This document shows, in pieces, positions 62,728 to 64,000 of a stretch of 64,000 nt of DNA. Each line of letters starts with the position of its first letter. Position 1 is the stretch's first letter. Position numbers and translations under genes: made by a program. The notes beneath the pieces are model-generated. The model worked only from the letters and a program-made list of their open reading frames with translations. It searched no databases and was not told the origin of the DNA. The stretch is from Flavobacteriales bacterium (GTDB lineage Bacteria > Bacteroidota > Bacteroidia > Flavobacteriales_D > Parvicellaceae): contig JAGYKU010000003.1 in the NCBI GenBank assembly GCA_018401455.1, forward strand, positions 20,244 to 84,243. Direction: 5' to 3'.

Positions 62728-63348
62728 TTGAAAGAAAATAAAGAAAAATATGTAATTAGTTCTGAAGCAGAATATTTGTACGTGAAAACTATTTTTAATA
62801 AGTTATTTTTACCTGAGTTCTTTCCAAAAAAAATGTTTAAAAATGATAATTGGGGTATAATTATTTTAGAAAGTTGGAGGCTTTTTAATATGGAAACTTT
62901 TTCCAAATTTCAATTGTTTATAGAATGTTTTGAGAACGAACGACTTTATATAACTCCTAAAAATATTAGGAAAGTGGATTATAGAGCATACAAGAAATCA
63001 ATTGATATAAAGGGTTTTTATAAATCTGAATATGGAATTCCTTTGTGTTTTGAGCCTAATATAACATTTGATTTATTTCAAAAGTTACAGACACATTTTA
63101 ATTATAATAATATCGATTCTGTTTTATTTAGTAATTCTGAAAAATGGGCTTTTTATACAAACCCCTCTCTTGATATTATGATTTTGGGATATGATACTTC
63201 GATTTTTGAATTTGTAAACAAATTTTATAAAAACTATTCTGAGCGGATTTTGACGATGGAAAAAGTAGATCAGTTAATTATTGATGAAACAGGAAAAAGT
63301 GAGTTAGATAAATTAAATGAATTTTATGCTGATGCATTTGATGGGTAG
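62728..63348 (+). CDS. Hypothetical protein
   Basis: 206-aa ORF with TTG start, rich in aromatic residues; no recognised motif. Confidence 0.6.
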   Translation: MKENKEKYVISSEAEYLYVKTIFNKLFLPEFFPKKMFKNDNWGIIILESWRLFNMETFSKFQLFIECFENERLYITPKNIRKVDYRAYKKSIDIKGFYKSEYGIPLCFEPNITFDLFQKLQTHFNYNNIDSVLFSNSEKWAFYTNPSLDIMILGYDTSIFEFVNKFYKNYSERILTMEKVDQLIIDETGKSELDKLNEFYADAFDG

Positions 63349-63426
63349 GGGGGAATCACCGCCCGAAGAAAAATAAAACAATATGTGTTTAATTCTCAAT
63401 ACTCCTATTTTCCAAACTTTTTAAAT

Positions 63427-64000
63427 TTATTTTTTCAATGAACTTTTGAGTTTTTTTAGATCCTCTTCTGGAATGTTACTTTTTGATATATTAGCAGATT
63501 TCAATTTTTTCATCTTTAATAATCCTTCTGGATAACTGCTAAAAGTTCCTGAGATAATAATGGTTTCTAAATTAACTAATTGTGTAAGACAATCTGGTAA
63601 ATTGGTGAAACTTGCATTGGAAATTTGGAGGTATTTTAAACTGGGACCAATAGCACAAATCTCTTCTGGAAAAGCACCATTTACATTCAAATCAAGAATT
63701 CTAATGTATTCTAATTTTTTACAATGTTGAATACCCGTTGGAAACTGTTTATAAGAATTACTGTAAAACAAATTCAACCTTTCAAGATTGGTATGTTGGC
63801 TAAGATTGATGTTTTCTTTAAGTCCAAAAGATTTATTTAGAATAAAACCTAATTCTTTTAAATTGATGTCAGGATTGAAAATAAACTGTGGTTGAGAAGT
63901 TGATTTGGAAAAGTCAACCATTAAGTCATTAATTTTAGGGTTTTTGGATAAATTTAAGGTGTTGTTTTCAGGAGCAATGCTTAAAATTTCTAGATTAGTA
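63427..64000 (-). CDS. Leucine-rich repeat protein, 5' end beyond the window
   Basis: LERLNL, LKYLQISNASFTNLPDCLTQLVNLETIII, YPEGLLKMKKLK; the frame appears open to the window edge. Confidence 0.8.
   Translation of the reverse strand, partial: TNLEILSIAPENNTLNLSKNPKINDLMVDFSKSTSQPQFIFNPDINLKELGFILNKSFGLKENINLSQHTNLERLNLFYSNSYKQFPTGIQHCKKLEYIRILDLNVNGAFPEEICAIGPSLKYLQISNASFTNLPDCLTQLVNLETIIISGTFSSYPEGLLKMKKLKSANISKSNIPEEDLKKLKSSLKK

Overview
AT-rich Bacteroidota (Flavobacteriales-like) chromosomal segment, inferred from TAnnTTTG promoters, a split atpBEFHAG operon, sdhCAB, a T9SS C-terminal domain protein and a GldK-like protein. It is mostly housekeeping genes (apbE, rimM, slyD, msrA, aspC-type aminotransferase, trmB, folA, sdhCAB, rlmF, rpmE2, ndh, scoA, PBP1A, atp operon), two tRNAs (Ser-UGA, Leu-GAG) and several peptidases. 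The most unusual signal is intergenic. Many spacers carry imperfect 7-, 8- or 9-bp periodic arrays arranged as inverted arms. One copy is filled: a four-helix-bundle (IVP/Avd-like) gene between sdhA and sdhB. One looks empty, and a roughly 600-bp repeat mosaic lies between trmB and a LOG gene. Other notable features are a SPOR gene whose duplicated 3' end keeps an in-frame amber codon in both copies, a cassette-like gene bounded by inverted core sites with a tandem duplication and a 5x ~97-bp array, REP-like doublets, and a Cys4 insertion in PBP1A. Several patches have clustered frameshifts that probably reflect long-read assembly error. All family calls come from motif recognition by eye; no database searches were run.
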